DNA from: Octopus vulgaris
Taxonomy: Eukaryota
Reading direction: 5' to 3'
DNA: 64,000 nucleotides
NCBI GenBank assembly: GCA_951406725.2
Contig: OX597819.1
Coordinates: 31,372,001 to 31,436,000 of the forward strand
Part shown: piece after piece, positions 63,501 through 64,000 of the stretch
How positions within the stretch are numbered: position 1 is the first letter of the stretch
Layout: the number at the start of each line of letters is the position of its first letter
Program-made: the position numbers and the translations under genes
Notes under the pieces: model-generated
What the model was told of the DNA's origin: nothing
The model's input: only the letters and a program-made list of their open reading frames with translations
Databases searched by the model: none

Positions 63501-63873
63501 TCTATCTACTAACTATACGTACGGACATAAAACAGAGACAGTAATTTCTATCCACCTGTGTTAAAGAATCTGACCCTGACATTTTCTGCACTTAAGTACA
63601 TTTTACCGCCCACCGACATTCCACACAGCAGTGATTAAGTCTGTTAGAAATGAAGGCAAATCTAAAAATATGTTTACCGTCATTTCATTTTTGTGTAGTG
63701 GCTTGTTAAGTAAGATGTTTTTGTATCAAGCCTTTTGTCCTGATTTGGTTGTTTTACTTACATGTTCTAACTGAGATTATATCTGTGGGGGCCAACAACT
63801 ATAGTTTTAAATGTATAAATCTCTCTCTCTCTCTCTCTCCTCCACCCTCTCTCTATATAAGTATAAAGGTTTG

Positions 63874-63874
<1 letters not shown>

Positions 63875-63943
<69 letters not shown>

Positions 63944-64000
63944 CATCCATCCAACTATCTATCTATCTATCTATCTATCCATCCAACTATCTATCTATCT
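63875..64000. repeat. (TCTA)n / GATA tetranucleotide microsatellite
   Basis: Direct inspection. Confidence 0.95.

Noticed and set aside
63420-63520. Possible exon of a neighbouring gene (splice-like motifs, GC-rich patch)
   Set aside because: No recognisable coding similarity or consistent exon boundaries.

Overview
AT-rich, repeat-dense eukaryotic genomic DNA. The SINE families and microsatellite load suggest a coleoid cephalopod, probably Octopus (inference). Two spliced genes lie head-to-head around a compact promoter at ~3.8-4.0 kb. (1) RPL23A/uL23 on the - strand: coding exons 3756-3810, 1086-1374 and 521-697; the 3' exon(s) lie left of the window. (2) A complete Rab34/Rab36-family GTPase on the + strand: 9 coding exons from 17810 to 50786, 801 nt, 266 aa, ending in CCH. 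Almost all listed six-frame ORFs are spurious translations of microsatellites and SINEs. The introns contain tRNA-derived SINEs, 5'-truncated RTE/CR1/Tx1/R4-like LINE fragments, piggyBac-, hAT-, mariner- and Helitron-type non-autonomous elements, and a TIR element carrying (TTAGGG)n. Most notable observations: the RPL23A-RAB34 divergent pairing also seen in human; two Penelope-type minimal hammerhead ribozyme motifs, one tied to a large inverted repeat; a duplicated, intact splice acceptor that could give a non-prenylated Rab isoform; a triplicated basic motif in uL23; and recurrent short-range inverted duplications able to form intronic dsRNA. No CRISPR array, rRNA or bona fide tRNA was found.
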